From Epiperipatus broadwayi (Eukaryota; Animalia; Onychophora), in contig JAQFVV010000007.1 of assembly GCA_028023455.1 (NCBI GenBank), positions 8,928,001 to 8,992,000 on the forward strand: DNA of 64,000 nt, in the 5' to 3' direction. The position numbers and the translations under genes were made by a program. Every line of letters begins with the position of its first letter. The first letter of the stretch is position 1. The notes beneath the pieces were generated by a model. It did not search any database. It saw nothing but the letters and a program-made list of their open reading frames with translations, and had not been told where the DNA came from. This document shows positions 15,239 to 28,044 of this stretch, in pieces.

Positions 15239-15796
15239 CATTAAAACCAGTCAATACTTAGACAATTTCAATATCAATAACAATCAACCATTTCAAATTA
15301 TTGTCAAAACAACCTCCTTTTAACAATAAAGACAGAATCCCAACTTTATTAATGGTCTAAGATACTTTTATTGACACTAAACATTGCAACTTGACCACAG
15401 AGATTGAAATTATTGATCCAAAGAAGTTTACATAAACGTCTTTAAATGGTAAATATAAGCTATTTTGAATGCAGACTAATAAATAGTCAATTATAACTAC
15501 AAACTGCATTTATAAATTTCAAATTTCCACCCAAAGTATTACTTAAATAATAAATATAATAATGCTCAAGGCTAAATTAAATGGGTTTGTAGATTTATCT
15601 GTTTAAATAGGTTTATTTAAACTTCTTTGTATCAATAATTTCAAACTCTGTAGTCAAGTTGTTATATAAGTACATTAGACCATTAATAAAGGTGGGATTC
15701 CATCTTTATTGTTAAAAGGAGGTTGCCTTGACAACAATTTGAAATTGTTGATTGGTATTGATATTGGGATTGTCTAATTGTTGCCTGGTTTTAATG
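15239..15796. repeat. Long inverted repeat (fold-back/MITE-like), ~210-bp arms
   Basis: 15239-~15456 matches the reverse complement of ~15592-15796 (e.g. CAACCTCCTTTTAACAATAAAGA / TCTTTATTGTTAAAAGGAGGTTG). Spacer is about 135 bp. Confidence 0.9.
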
Positions 15797-16689
15797 TTTA
15801 CTTACAAAACTATTTAGCCTTGAACATTATTACACTTATTATATAAATTGGTATATAGAAAAAACTTTTCTCTTTTTCAATCTATCATTAATAGAGACAA
15901 AATTGTTACAGGTATTATTAATTTTGCACTTTTAAAGTTTATTAAATGTGAGCAAAGCACAGTACAATAGTTTGTTAATAAAACATGACATAATTTAACA
16001 AAGGAAAGCTTCTCATTAAATTTATCAAGAATATATATATATAATCACTGATAATATGCTAAGAATTTCCCATTCAAACTCAGTACAATGACAGTCTACA
16101 GCCAATTTGACTAACCTCCCAATTTGATGAATGTATATATACCTAGTTCAACATAAAGTTAAATTAAGTTCTAAAGCAATTTTCCATCAAATAAGCATTG
16201 ATATACTGATCTAAAAAAAAAATGTTACTGAATACCTAAGAATGATATGAATTCAAAGTACTGAAAAACCTTAATGTCAATATAAATATTTAAAAATATA
16301 TGATTCCATGTTTAATAAAAGTGTCTCATGCATTACACTAGTATTCAAACAATATATTAATTCTGGTCACATTAATTCTCATCTTCATAAACATCGAATC
16401 CTTTGGATTTATTTTGATTCTGAAATTGATTAGCTTAAAGACATCCAATTAGAGCTATCTGTGAGTTCATTTGGGAAATATTGGGCTTATTTGATGGCTT
16501 AAAAAGGCTTGAAACAAAATATATATTAATTTATTTATCTAAAATTTCTAAATGTCAGTAGTGTATAAAAAAATTTAACAAAAGATGGAAGTTTAGATTC
16601 CAAATACACCCTGGACACACTTTCAAATGAATGTCCTTGCTATTAGAATAAACATTGTGTTTGTGTGAATTCACCTTCTGTTTAAAAAT

Positions 16690-16810
16690 TGAAATTAAAA
16701 ATCATAAGTTTATTGTTTGATTGGAATATGTAAATAAAGTTAAATTTTTGTAAAGACATTCAATACGCATATTAGATGATGGAAATAATCCAATATAAAA
16801 ACACAAGTAG
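16690..16810 (+). mobile_element. 3' fragment of SINE-like family C
   Basis: AAAGTTAAATTTTTGTAAAGACATTCAATACGCATATTAGATGATGGAAATAATCCAATATAAAAA closely matches 60055-60120. Confidence 0.7.
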
Positions 16811-17049
16811 ATATATAGATTTATTTTAATTTTTATACAATAAAATTTTTAAAAATGTTTTAATAACAATATTATGTTTGTATAAAGATTTTATTTAAAT
16901 ATATTTGTTTAAAATATTGCAATTCAAATCATTTTTCTTACACTTTTTACAGCCAAAACTTTTTATTATTTTTTTTAGAATTGATAAATTTGTGTAAAAT
17001 ATGAAATATATTATGTAATGGTTGTATTGTTATGAGTATTTGAATTTTG

Positions 17050-17092
17050 TAGATCTGATGAAGACTGCAAGGTCCAATCGAAACTGTAATAA
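17050..17092 (+). ncRNA. Isolated hammerhead-like core (Penelope-terminus type)
   Basis: CTGATGA(17055-61)-A-GACTG-caaggtc-CAATC-GAAAC(17080-84)-T-GTA. Core is intact and stem II has 4/5 bp, but stem I is poor. Confidence 0.4.
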
Positions 17093-20000
17093 TAATAATA
17101 AAAAGTTTTTGCTGTAAAAAGTGTAAGAAGAATTATTTGAATTGCAATATTGTATATGAAGATAGCAGAAATAAAGGAAAGAACAAAGAAAAGTGTTTAG
17201 AAGGATTATATTTATTTGTTTGTTTTGAAAAAAAAAAGTCAAAATCAAGAAAAGTGTAAGAATATCAAATGGGGAATTGTCATTGGTAATAAAAAAAAAA
17301 AACATTTTCAATAAAATTATATGTTATACTTTAATTGCTTTTAAAATTATCAATGAGATTTTAAATTGAAATTTCAGTTTTATGTATTCTTTGCAAAGAT
17401 TCATTTTAATAACAGAACAATTTAATTAAATTTTATTTCATTCCAAATACATTTCTGCCACTCAGCCCAAAATAATAAAACCAATTGGTTCTGATTAAAT
17501 ATTTCACTTTATTATCATTTTTCCATATTTGCAAAGTTGAAATATTATTTTTAATACTTTAGGAAAATGGCATTTTCTTTTGTTAGTCAGATGATAATTT
17601 TTTTTAAAGTTCAACATTTCATTTATTATTACATCTTTATATTAAAATTCAATAAATTGGATTTGATTTGATAGTGATTTAATTTTATAAACAAAATATT
17701 TTTAAAAAAAAAACATGTTTGATATTTAAAAATATTTTAAAAATAATAAATCGAGCACACAATGAAAACAAAAAACTTTCTTCTCATTGAATGGTGTTCA
17801 GGAATGCCAAGAACTAAAGAAAATTTACTGAAATCTATGTTGAATAAAAATGTTTAAAATAGGAATCACTAAATTAAAAAATAAATTTAAAACTATCAAA
17901 AATATCTAAGTTAAATTTTAAATTTCTATTTTCAAAATATTTCAAAAGTTCCTAGTACTGATTTCATAAATGTGTTTACTGATTTCTTTCAAAAAGAGTG
18001 ATACAATTACAACAGTGATTTTTTTTGTTGAATTAGTCAAGTTTATTAACTTATATTTTTAAAAATACAACATGTATGAATAAAATCACAATGTATATGT
18101 ACAGTTTTGAATTTTAACAATTACTGTAATATTATTGCTCAAAAATAATAACTAATTTTTAATAAATTATCAAAAAATTAACTTTTTTGCTATTCCAAAA
18201 ACTCTCAAAATAATATTATGAAACAGGTGGAGAGGATGTTAACTCTCTTTTATCTTTTGCTACCTCTAGTAAATACTGGACTCTTCAGATTTTTTTAAAC
18301 TAATAAATCAATATTGTTATTTTCAATTTCTAGTATATTTTAAGTGCAGAAACTGGAAGAATAGCATTAAAGTTTGTGCAAAAAAGCAATTTAAAACAGA
18401 ATAACTACTAGCAATATTTCCAAAAATAGTCACAATTGAAAACATAACTGTGCTATGAAAAGTTGATATCATTTTTTACTTTTAAATTTATATTTGTAAT
18501 ATAATAAATGCTTTAAAAATTGCCAAAATATGTTGAAGAGTAAACCTTTATTCCTTAAAATAAAAATCATGAAATGTTAGCAAACTGGTCACTAGAAGGC
18601 TGTTAAAAAAAGTACACAAGAAAATAGTTAAATCATATTACGTTTTCACTGGAAAGTAGCACAAATAAGCATAGCAACCTAAAAAAATAGAATTTAGAAT
18701 TAAAACACAAATAAAAGCACTTTCAGATATTTTTATAAAAAGTGAAATTTCTGAATCATCTTAATTTATTTTCTCATACAGAATTTGTATGCCTACAATA
18801 TTAAAAAAAAAAACAATGCCCTCAGTGGATGCAGAATCAATTTATCTTTTATTCTTACTCTATAATAAATATAATGACTGTTCATCCTTCCACAAGTTGT
18901 TAAATGGATAGATATCAATCAATACATTGTGTGAAAGTGGAATAATAGAAGAGTATTAAGATATTAACATGAGTATGAAGATTTAGGTGTTTAATATGTC
19001 TATAAATGTAAAGTTTGAAAGGCATTGGGACAATACCTGCATAGTAAAAAAGGTGGTTTAATTTTCCACTGCTGATGGTTGGTTGTGATAAAGTTGAGGT
19101 GAGACAAGCTGATGCATTGATAAAAATAATATATGGGTGTGGGTGGGTGTATTTATTATGCAGTGATTGTTAAGTCTTCCATAATGTGTTAAAAATGTAC
19201 AGAAGCTCCTTCTGTGCATAAGAAGATGTCATGAAAGGTATCACATTGTTCAACAAGGATGTGAGATTCAAGTGTCTGGTATCTCTCAGCTGAAAAATTA
19301 TAGTTTACAACATGATTCACAGTGGGGAGGATAATCTACCTTTCTCAAGTCGGTGGTTGCAATTTGGTTGAGTTAAAATAAAGACTGCAACAATAAAAAA
19401 GCACAAAGCCTACAAAAGAAAGAGAAATAAATTGATAACTGTTCAAATATATCTTTAGTTGATGTAAATATATGTGGAGGTGGGATAGGCATTGATCTTT
19501 GTTAATGAATGTTAAATTCTCTGTTTATAAGGTTATAGTATATAAGAAATAGGATATTATAACTAAGCAATAGCAATTGACCACCATCAGTGATATTTTG
19601 CCATTATTTGCCCCCATCCCTTTGTTCTAATATTTCAATATTTACAACTAGATCACAGACTTTACTAAACCTTTAGCATTATAATGACAATACATATGAC
19701 AGTTGAAATCTAATAACATTTTTTTAAAAAAAAATTTCAATTAAAAAACATATATATTTAAAAAAATTAAAAGAAACAATAGATAATTTTTTTTTTACAA
19801 TATTTTTTTTTTTAACAGATCAAGATAAATCTAAATTGAAATATAATTGCTACAAAGTTATAATATTCTCAAAGACTAAGATGCCTAACAGCTGTTAAAG
19901 GACAGTAAACATCAAAAGATTTTTTTCTCTTAGACTATTTTATTTATCTTCCACGATAAACTCAATGAAATAAAAAGAAAATTACAATTATAGAGAAGAT

Positions 20001-20741
20001 TCAATATTTTCTATTAAAATTCAATTTTCTTATGTCATTTTTTTTTTTTTAGATAGAAGGGAAAAAAGAAGCGACCTCAGAGAACTCTGACCACGGGGGG
20101 CGGGACATGTTTATTTGTATGAGCAAATCCCCAGAATTGCGAGTGTAAAATACTTTCCTCTATCCAATTTCAATTTACTTGGAATTATTGCAAAAATATC
20201 ATTAATCCCATCTTAAGAAGAATTAATTATAATTCAATTATAAATCTTTATATTTATAGAATATTAACTTGTATTTTACAGGTGATAGATTTTTAAATAA
20301 ATATAGTGTTTATCATATTTATCATTTTCTACTTAGTGGAACCGCTGCAGGATGAAAATCTCCCCTCTCCAAGTTTAATCTAATTTCTCCTAACTATAGT
20401 AGTTGTCCCGGGTTAGCGGGTTCGCTTCCCGGCTGATGCTATGACACATGAGAAAAATAGCGTTTCTTCTCTACATCACACTTTCATATTTTATCCAACA
20501 ATTTCTCATACGAGATGTAAAAAAGAGTTGGCTGTTAACTGAAAATTATATAAAACAAATCAAATTTTTATACATCATTATGATTACTTTTTAAAATAAT
20601 TCATTTGTCTATATAAATCACATTTAAAACTTTAAAAGAAGTTAATAATAAATACATTTATTAATTCAAAAATTATCAATCACCATCTTATTGTGTAAAC
20701 TTGGAAAAATGTCTAAGAAAAATGAACATTTAAGGATATAT

Positions 20742-20930
20742 AATATTTCTGTGGAGTAATTTTCACTACTCCATTCTCATGAAAGAAAGGGACTGGTTTC
20801 AATCTGCTTTGAGCACCTTGTGGAAGGGGAGAGGAGTAATCATAAACATATGACCAAGGATATGTAAAAAAAATGCATGATCCCTAAGATGCACATTTTG
20901 TGCTGAAACAGCACTAATTAGTTGGGCCCA
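20742..20930 (-). mobile_element. Repeat family B copy with decayed hammerhead core
   Basis: Reverse-complement match to 21251-21428. Minus strand reads CCCAA-CTAATTA-GTGCTG-TTT-CAGCAC-AAAA-TGTGCATC-TTAGGG. Confidence 0.75.
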
Positions 20931-21145
20931 GATCATAATCTCTTGCACATATCTTTGTCATTCAGTATATTCACATTTCAACAATTATCAATTGGTGCAG
21001 ATCACAATCTCTTACCTATATCTTTATCACATATCTTTATCTAGTCTAATGAATGATTAATAAAAATTATTAATATATTACAGTTAAATGTTGTGTATTA
21101 ATGTTGTGAGGGCAGTAACATTGACATTTATTAATTAAACTGTAG

Positions 21146-21149
<4 letters not shown>

Positions 21150-21209
<60 letters not shown>
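21150..21209. repeat. (TA)n microsatellite, ~30 units
   Basis: Uninterrupted TA run. Confidence 0.98.
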
Positions 21210-21210
<1 letters not shown>

Positions 21211-21250
21211 TGAACAATGATAAAGATATGTGTAAGAAATTGTGGTTTTT

Positions 21251-21428
21251 GTCAACTGATCAGTGCTAGTTCAGTATAAAATATGCATCTTGGGGATCAT
21301 ACATCTTTTCATATGTGTTTGGTCATATGTTTATGATTACATCCTTCCACAAAGAATTAAATATGGATAGAAAGCAGTTCCTATCTTGTATGAGAGCAGT
21401 GTAGTGAAAATTACACTAGAGAAATATT
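21251..21428 (+). mobile_element. Repeat family B copy with decayed hammerhead core
   Basis: CAA-CTGATCA-GTGCTAGTTCAGTAT-AAAA-TATGCATC-TTGGGG at 21253-21295. Inverted relative to 20742-20930. Confidence 0.75.
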
Positions 21429-21693
21429 ATTCATTAAGTGGATAATCTCTAGTCTAATGAATGAGCAATAAAAATTATTAATTTACTGATATATGTGCAC
21501 TTTATACATCAATAATATTAAAGCCATTTTCTGAATGGTTGAATTGTGACTGAAGTGGAAAAGAACAGTTAGGTACAATTGGTTACTTCAAAATTAAATG
21601 TGAATTCCAATTCAAAAGATGAAACTAATGAAATATTAATAAAATCCCATGTATGAAAATTTACAGTGGAAAATGATTAAAACTATTATATAA

Positions 21694-21883
21694 GTAAATA
21701 GAGAGGCTTGAACTTAGAATTTTTCAGTCTATATTCATCCTCTACTCGATCAAGCAACCAATACATGTATATTGGGGATCATTTATGTTTTTTCATGCAT
21801 GTGGTCATGTGTACCAGTTGCTTGAGATGAAATGGAGGATGAATATAGACTGAAAAATCTTAAGTCCAAATCCCTCTACTTAC
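21694..21883. repeat. Hairpin, ~75-bp arms with ~38-nt loop, derived from the family B 3' part
   Basis: 21694-21767 matches the reverse complement of 21806-21883 (TTTTTCAGTCTATATTCATCCTC / GAGGATGAATATAGACTGAAAAA). Confidence 0.9.
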
Positions 21884-22654
21884 ATAACAAACATTCAGTA
21901 TAAACAATTACATAAAACTATTATACTCAATGGTAACTGAGTAAAGGATGTCTAACTAAATGAATGCCCTTTTCAAGTGCAATAACTATGGACATTGTGG
22001 GATTCTCAAAAATTCTACCCTACTTTGAATATTAAACTATGAATATAAGTGTGATGATAATTCAGTGGGTGACACACACATATATGCAACACCACAGTAA
22101 ATAGAACATCTTTATTATAAATTAAGGTATTAAGGTGTGCATTCTTAATCAAATTCTGCAAGATTTTATGGGAGACTAAAATAATCCTTAAAACTGAAAA
22201 AAATTCTAATGAATATTATAATGTGAGCCATTACTAATTAGAAAATAATAATATTCATTAATAAATAAATTTAAAATTATTAATATAACTGGTTTTCCAA
22301 AATCTCTGATTTACTTTAATATTAATATTTTTCTCTCTTCTTTAGTAAAATTTTTAATTATATGTTTTCTATTTTATCATTAGAAAAAATTTGGCTGATT
22401 CTTAACAATCATTTTCAACAAATATCTATTTATTTACTATTTAAATAGCTTAACTATTAACAAAATATCACAATCAAACCTATAGAGATTTGACCATAAG
22501 ATAGATTCATTATGTGGCTTTATTAAGACCTTCAGTTCTATCACTATTTGACACTGAGTTTACAAATGTTAAATGCTATTAATAAAGCAGATGAACACAA
22601 TGACCATGGATTATCCTGAATTCAATAAATTAATTTGTGTTTAAAAAGACTATA

Positions 22655-23460
22655 TCATCATCATCATCAAACATTATCAATCAAGTGCAGGATGAAAGTC
22701 TCTCCAAACTCAATCCATCTTCTCCAATCTTTAGCTTCTCTTCTCCACATCACTCCTGCACACTTTCTTATTTCATTCATCCATCTCACATGTCTTCTCT
22801 TTCTGAGTCTTTTACAATCTCTTGGAATCCAGTGTAAGATTTCAATTGTCTATCTATTATCATCTCTTCTAGCAATATGTCCAGCCCAACTCCATTTCAG
22901 TCTTTTAATTTTTTCAATAAGGTCAGTAACATCTGTTTGTTCTCCTTATCCATATATGGTGTTTTTGATCTCTTCTTGTTACTCCCAACATGCATCTCTC
23001 CATACTTTTGTGAGTGGTCTGAAGTCTCTGTATTGCTCTTTTATTAAGTGTCCAAGTCTCAGATCCATAAGTAAAAACTGGTAAAATACATTTATTAAAA
23101 ACCTTCCTTTTCAAACACATGGGCATATTTTCATTTAGTATCAAGTTATTTCTACCAAAAGCACTCCAACCAAGTTTAATTCTATGATTAATTTCATCCA
23201 TTATGTTTCCATCTGTATTAATAATCTGACCAAAATATTTGTAGCTGTTAACTTTTTCTAACTGATCATAATCAATCTTTATTTGCATATTTTGAGAAAA
23301 TCCATTAAACATTACTTTAGTCATATTTTGAGAAAATCCATTAAACATTACTTTAGTCTTTTTTAACATTTATCTTTAGTCCTACTTTCATCTGATAACT
23401 CCTGCAACATTTCCTGCAGCTCTAAAGCATACAAGACCATATACAACTGCCTTTATTGTT
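22655..23460 (-). mobile_element. 5'-truncated RTE-clade LINE (RT C-terminal part, frameshifted) with (TGA)n tail
   Basis: Translation gives ELQEMLQELSDES...KTKVM...YKYFGQII...EINHRIKLGWSAFG...KRKVFNKCILPVFTYGSETW...MERCMLGV...LKWSWAGHIARR. (TCA)5 at 22655-22669 on the plus strand is the 3' tail. A 36-bp internal tandem duplication encodes TKVMFNGFSQNM twice. Confidence 0.92.
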
Positions 23461-26344
23461 GGATCTGAAATTTTTTTGAAACATTGTAGAAATTTCTTTT
23501 TTTATGCCATAATTTTTTTAATCTAGATTCTTGATTGAATACCCAAAGAAGGAAATCTTAATTTGAGATGAATCATAAGTGATAAAACTGTATCTTGAAT
23601 TATAGCAAGTCTGATCTAAGTCTGTGAGATAACTTCTATTGTAATACTTAGTAGAGGAATATGTGAAAAACTAAAAAACCACAAACAAGAAGCAAACTTT
23701 AGGGTTCTGGTAATATTAATCAAATATTAAAATTAAGTTATTTTTTACAAATGATAATAGATAACTTTGTCTATAAACACAAATAAAAACAATCTTTAAA
23801 TAAAATTTAAAAAAAAAAACAATCTTTAAATAGTGCACTATAAAATGAAGGTCTCTTAAACAAGCCATTAGAAATAAACAGTAAAAGAGAATTCATTACT
23901 CATTACATTTATCAAGAAGTGGATGATAGTAATTTGAACTATTTTTCATTCTTTTTAATCTTTAGATATAAATAACTAAGTACTTATTTGCTGACCAACT
24001 TTGAACAACTAACTGAGCTGACTAATCTTTACAAAACAACCTAATCCAGATTACAACCTTAAAACATATTTGTTTTATCAGTACTGAATTTGAACTCTGA
24101 ATGCAGATACTGCAGGCAGATTCATTATATATAAATTTACAATCTAAAAAATAAAACAGAAAGCAAATATATATATATTTAATAAGATTTGTTTTTAAAA
24201 TTATAATTTATTGTGAAATGAATAAATAATACATTTCTCACTTAAACTCGAACTTGTAAGAATATAAAGAAAATAATTAAAAGATTAAAAAAAAACATGG
24301 AAAGCTGATATGTTTCATCTTAAATCTCTTGAAGTTTTTTCCACAGTACAATCTAAAAATTGCACATGATTTCTATGGAGTTCCAATAAAGTAATTCATT
24401 TGTTTATGAAATAATATTTTATAGAAATTTATGTACCATTAAATGTATCATATATATATAGAAAAAAATGTTATAAATAACAAAAAAGGATAAATAGAGA
24501 TACAAATTTACATTGAAAAAAAAACCCCTTAATAATAAAGTATTTCTCTTTCTCGCCTATGTATGATGTCAAATTATACATAAAAAAACAGCCTCAAATT
24601 AATTCTAAACCTTATATACTTATTAAAGATTATATATAAAACATGTTATATTAATAAATACATTTTTAATTTTCTTTACATCACCTTGTGACATACATTG
24701 GTCTTTTTTTTTTTCTTTATATAACCAACTATCTTACCATGTGAATGCAAGCTTTTCTTTAAATTAGAAGCTCCATCTGTTGATTAACATATAATTAAAG
24801 TTTAAAAAAATTCTATATGAATATATTTAGAAGCAAAACTATAGTGGAGCCATGAACTGTGCTATATTTTGTTCCAAGCTTCCCTTGTATTCAATGTATA
24901 TGGTGCATAAAAGCTCATGTTATGTTGGTAATGAGTGATTAGAGCAGAACATATATTGTTTATTGAAATTCAAGTATACAACACTTAACATATATATATA
25001 TCACAGACACTTTTCATATGTATACTAGTTAGATAAATCAAGATTATAGGATAAACAAAATTTCAAAAATAATAATATAATTATTATTAAAAAATTGGGG
25101 GGGGGATACATTTATATATTGCATTGATTTATGTCTTCACTGAAGCAATAAGAATAAGAAAGAAAAAATATTGTATTTTTATTTTTAAAATAAAGTAAAT
25201 AGCTCTGACTTTCATAATTATTAAATATGCTCTAGGCAATATTATGTGTTTTTCAATAACATTTTTCTTATAGATACATAATAGTGATTTTGTTATCAAA
25301 AAATTAGAATAACTCTTAATTGTTTTTAGGTTTTTAAAACAGTTTCAACTTTTAGTACATTTTAAAATTTTGTAAAATTTTTAGCATTATGCTTAGAAAA
25401 TATTTTATTATGCAAAATACAGTGCATCAAATCCAGAAATGAAAATAAAGGAAGAATAAAATATATGTACTTTCAATGAAACCAAAGAAATTGTACTAAT
25501 GTATATAATCACATGTAGCACTCAGAAAAGTGCCAAATATCAATAAAATTTGTGAATTTTAATGTTTTTTCTGTTTGTTTACATTTTTGGATGGCAGATA
25601 ATTTAAGTCATGCACTTAAATACAGGATTATTCATGATTCCACTGCATGTTGTAGTGTTAATCAGAGAACCCAAAGTAACTCAGAAAATACACACAGATT
25701 TAAAGCAACACTATCTTGAGACAATTCGCAAAATGTAACCAAAACCTTTTAGTTAGCATGACTTTTCAACAATGCAATTAATTTACAATTTTGACAGAGT
25801 TTGTACATTTCTTGAGCTTTTATTATATGGGTCAAGATTTACATTTCCAAAGAAATTAATTTTGATTGATAGCAATAAATCTATCAAAAATGTTTTTTAA
25901 GTTTGCTTCAAACAAACACATTCTGTTATACAAAAGCCCATAGTTTTGATATTGGAACATGATATTTATTTTAGAAACTTTTTTTTTAATCATTTATCAA
26001 AAATGCATAGAATATTGGTTTTACAAATGAAACTAGTACCCATTTGCTATTGTAATCATGTAAAGATTTCTGACAAATTATTGATATTCTTCTAGATGGT
26101 GTTCCTAATGTGGTCTTCATGTAACCATTTTGAGATTCCAATTATTAATTGTTAGACATGATGAATCACCTTCCACTGTCTTTGCATCCACATTAACAGA
26201 TCATTTTAGGAAATCAGTAAATCATGATTTAAATAGCTATTTCATCCATTTTAGATCTTGTTTTATTTAATTAAGAATTAATTAACAAGGTAAAATCATT
26301 GATTAGGATTTTAATTATGGACATTATCTTATGCTATATATGAA

Positions 26345-27415
26345 TTACTGTAGCGACAGAGGTAGATTCTAGAGCCCAAGTTCCATGAATCACAATTCAG
26401 CTCTGTCATTTCTGATACTTGAACTTTTTTGGAACTCATGAATAGTAAACCATTCAATTATTATGCTCTTTCTGAGTTCCCAGCATGCTTTGCAGCAATG
26501 GTAGGGTGGCAGACTCTGAAGCTAATGGTCCATGGATAGCAACCCAGCTCTGTCACTTCTGATGTTTGAACTTCCTATGAACTCTTGAATAATAATCCAG
26601 TCAATTACTATAGTCTAAGTTCCCAGCATGCTTTGTGGCAGTGAGACTCTGGAGTTCAAGGTCCATGGATTGCAGTCCAACTCTGTCACTACTGATGCTT
26701 GAACTTCTTATGAACTCCTGAATAATAAACCAGTCAATTACTAGTCTACTGAGTTCCCAGCATGCTTTGCTGCAGTGGTAGAGTGACAGGCATTGGAGCT
26801 CAAAGTCCATGGATCACAGGACAGCTGTCACCTCTGATGCTTGAACTTCCTATTAACTCTTGAATAATAAATCATTCAATTACTATAGACAAATGAGTTT
26901 CCAGCATGCTTTGCTGCAGTGGTAGAGTGACATGCTCTAGAATTCAAGATCCATGGATTGCAGACTAGCTCTAATACTTCTGATGCTTGAACTTCTTATG
27001 AACACCTGAATAATAAACCATTCAATTACTATGTTCTTTCTGAGTACCCAGCATGCTTTGCTGCAATGATAGAATGGCAGAAATCTGGAGTTCAAAGTCT
27101 ATGGATTGCAGCCCATCTCTGTCACTTCTGATGCTTGAGCTTTTTATGAACTTACTGAGTTCCCAGCAAGCTTTGCTGCAATGGTGGAATGGCAGATTCT
27201 GGAGTTTAAAGTCTATGGATCACAGCCAGCTCTGTCACTTCTGATGTCTGAACTTCTTATGAACTGAATAATGAACCCTTCAATTACTATGCACTTTCTT
27301 GAGTTCCCAGCATGCTTTGCTGCAGTGGTCGAATAGCAGACCCTGGAGCTCAAGATACATGATTTGCAGCTTAGCTTTGTAGCTTCTGGTGTTTGAACTT
27401 TTTGCGAACTCTTAA
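26345..27415 (+). repeat. Tandem array of 8 degenerate ~144-bp units with a tRNA-like (SINE-head-like) segment
   Basis: Anchor CCCAGCATGCTTTG at 26479, 26622, 26756, 26900, 27047, 27162 and 27306, plus a partial first unit. Each unit has CAGTGGTAGAG (A-box/D-loop-like) and GGATT/CG/ACAG.CC (B-box-like). Confidence 0.9.
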
Positions 27416-28044
27416 GCAATGATACATTCGATTATCATTATAAAACATTCTTTCATTTAATAGTTTTTATATTTAGGATAAATTTCCTGTTAATTTTATA
27501 ATTTCTCTGCAACCTCAGTAATTTCTCCAAAAAAAAAGAAAAACAACGATAAAATGGACATGGTAATGATTCTAGATATCACACATCTACAACCATAACT
27601 TTTTGAATAAAAAGGCTATGAGCCTGCATATACGTTCTTCTATTTTTTTTATATTAAATAATTAATTTTTTCATTCATCTAATAATTAAAAAGTATAAAC
27701 TTTCTTATAAAAACATTATCTTAATGATTTACTGTCACACAATTAAAGATAATATATTTTATTAATTTTAACTTTTTTAAATAAATAATTAGAGAAAAAA
27801 ATAGTAACAACATAAATTATTCATATTTTGATATTTTCTTTTAGGATTTGTAGTTGCAATCGATTGGGGGGGGGGGGGTTGTAAGTGAAATTTAAAAAAT
27901 CAATTATTTGAATCAACAAGCTAAACTTCTGAAAGAAAGATAAATGAATTACAGCAATAGATTTTAACTTAGCTGAGATAATTTGATAGATACAGATTGC
28001 GTTAGAACTTTACAGTTTATTTATTTATTTGTAAATCGTTGAAC

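Noticed and set aside
19050-19400. Possible I-clade LINE C-terminal zinc-knuckle remnant (minus strand)
   Set aside because: Only fragments (HCESC, SHILVE) in different frames.
22635-23084. Plus-strand 149-aa and 66-aa ORFs
   Set aside because: Antisense shadows of the RTE element.
26345-27415. CRISPR-like or coding interpretation of the tandem array (ORFs 26601, 27053, 27213)
   Set aside because: Whole units repeat with no unique spacers, frames break between units, and the context is eukaryotic.
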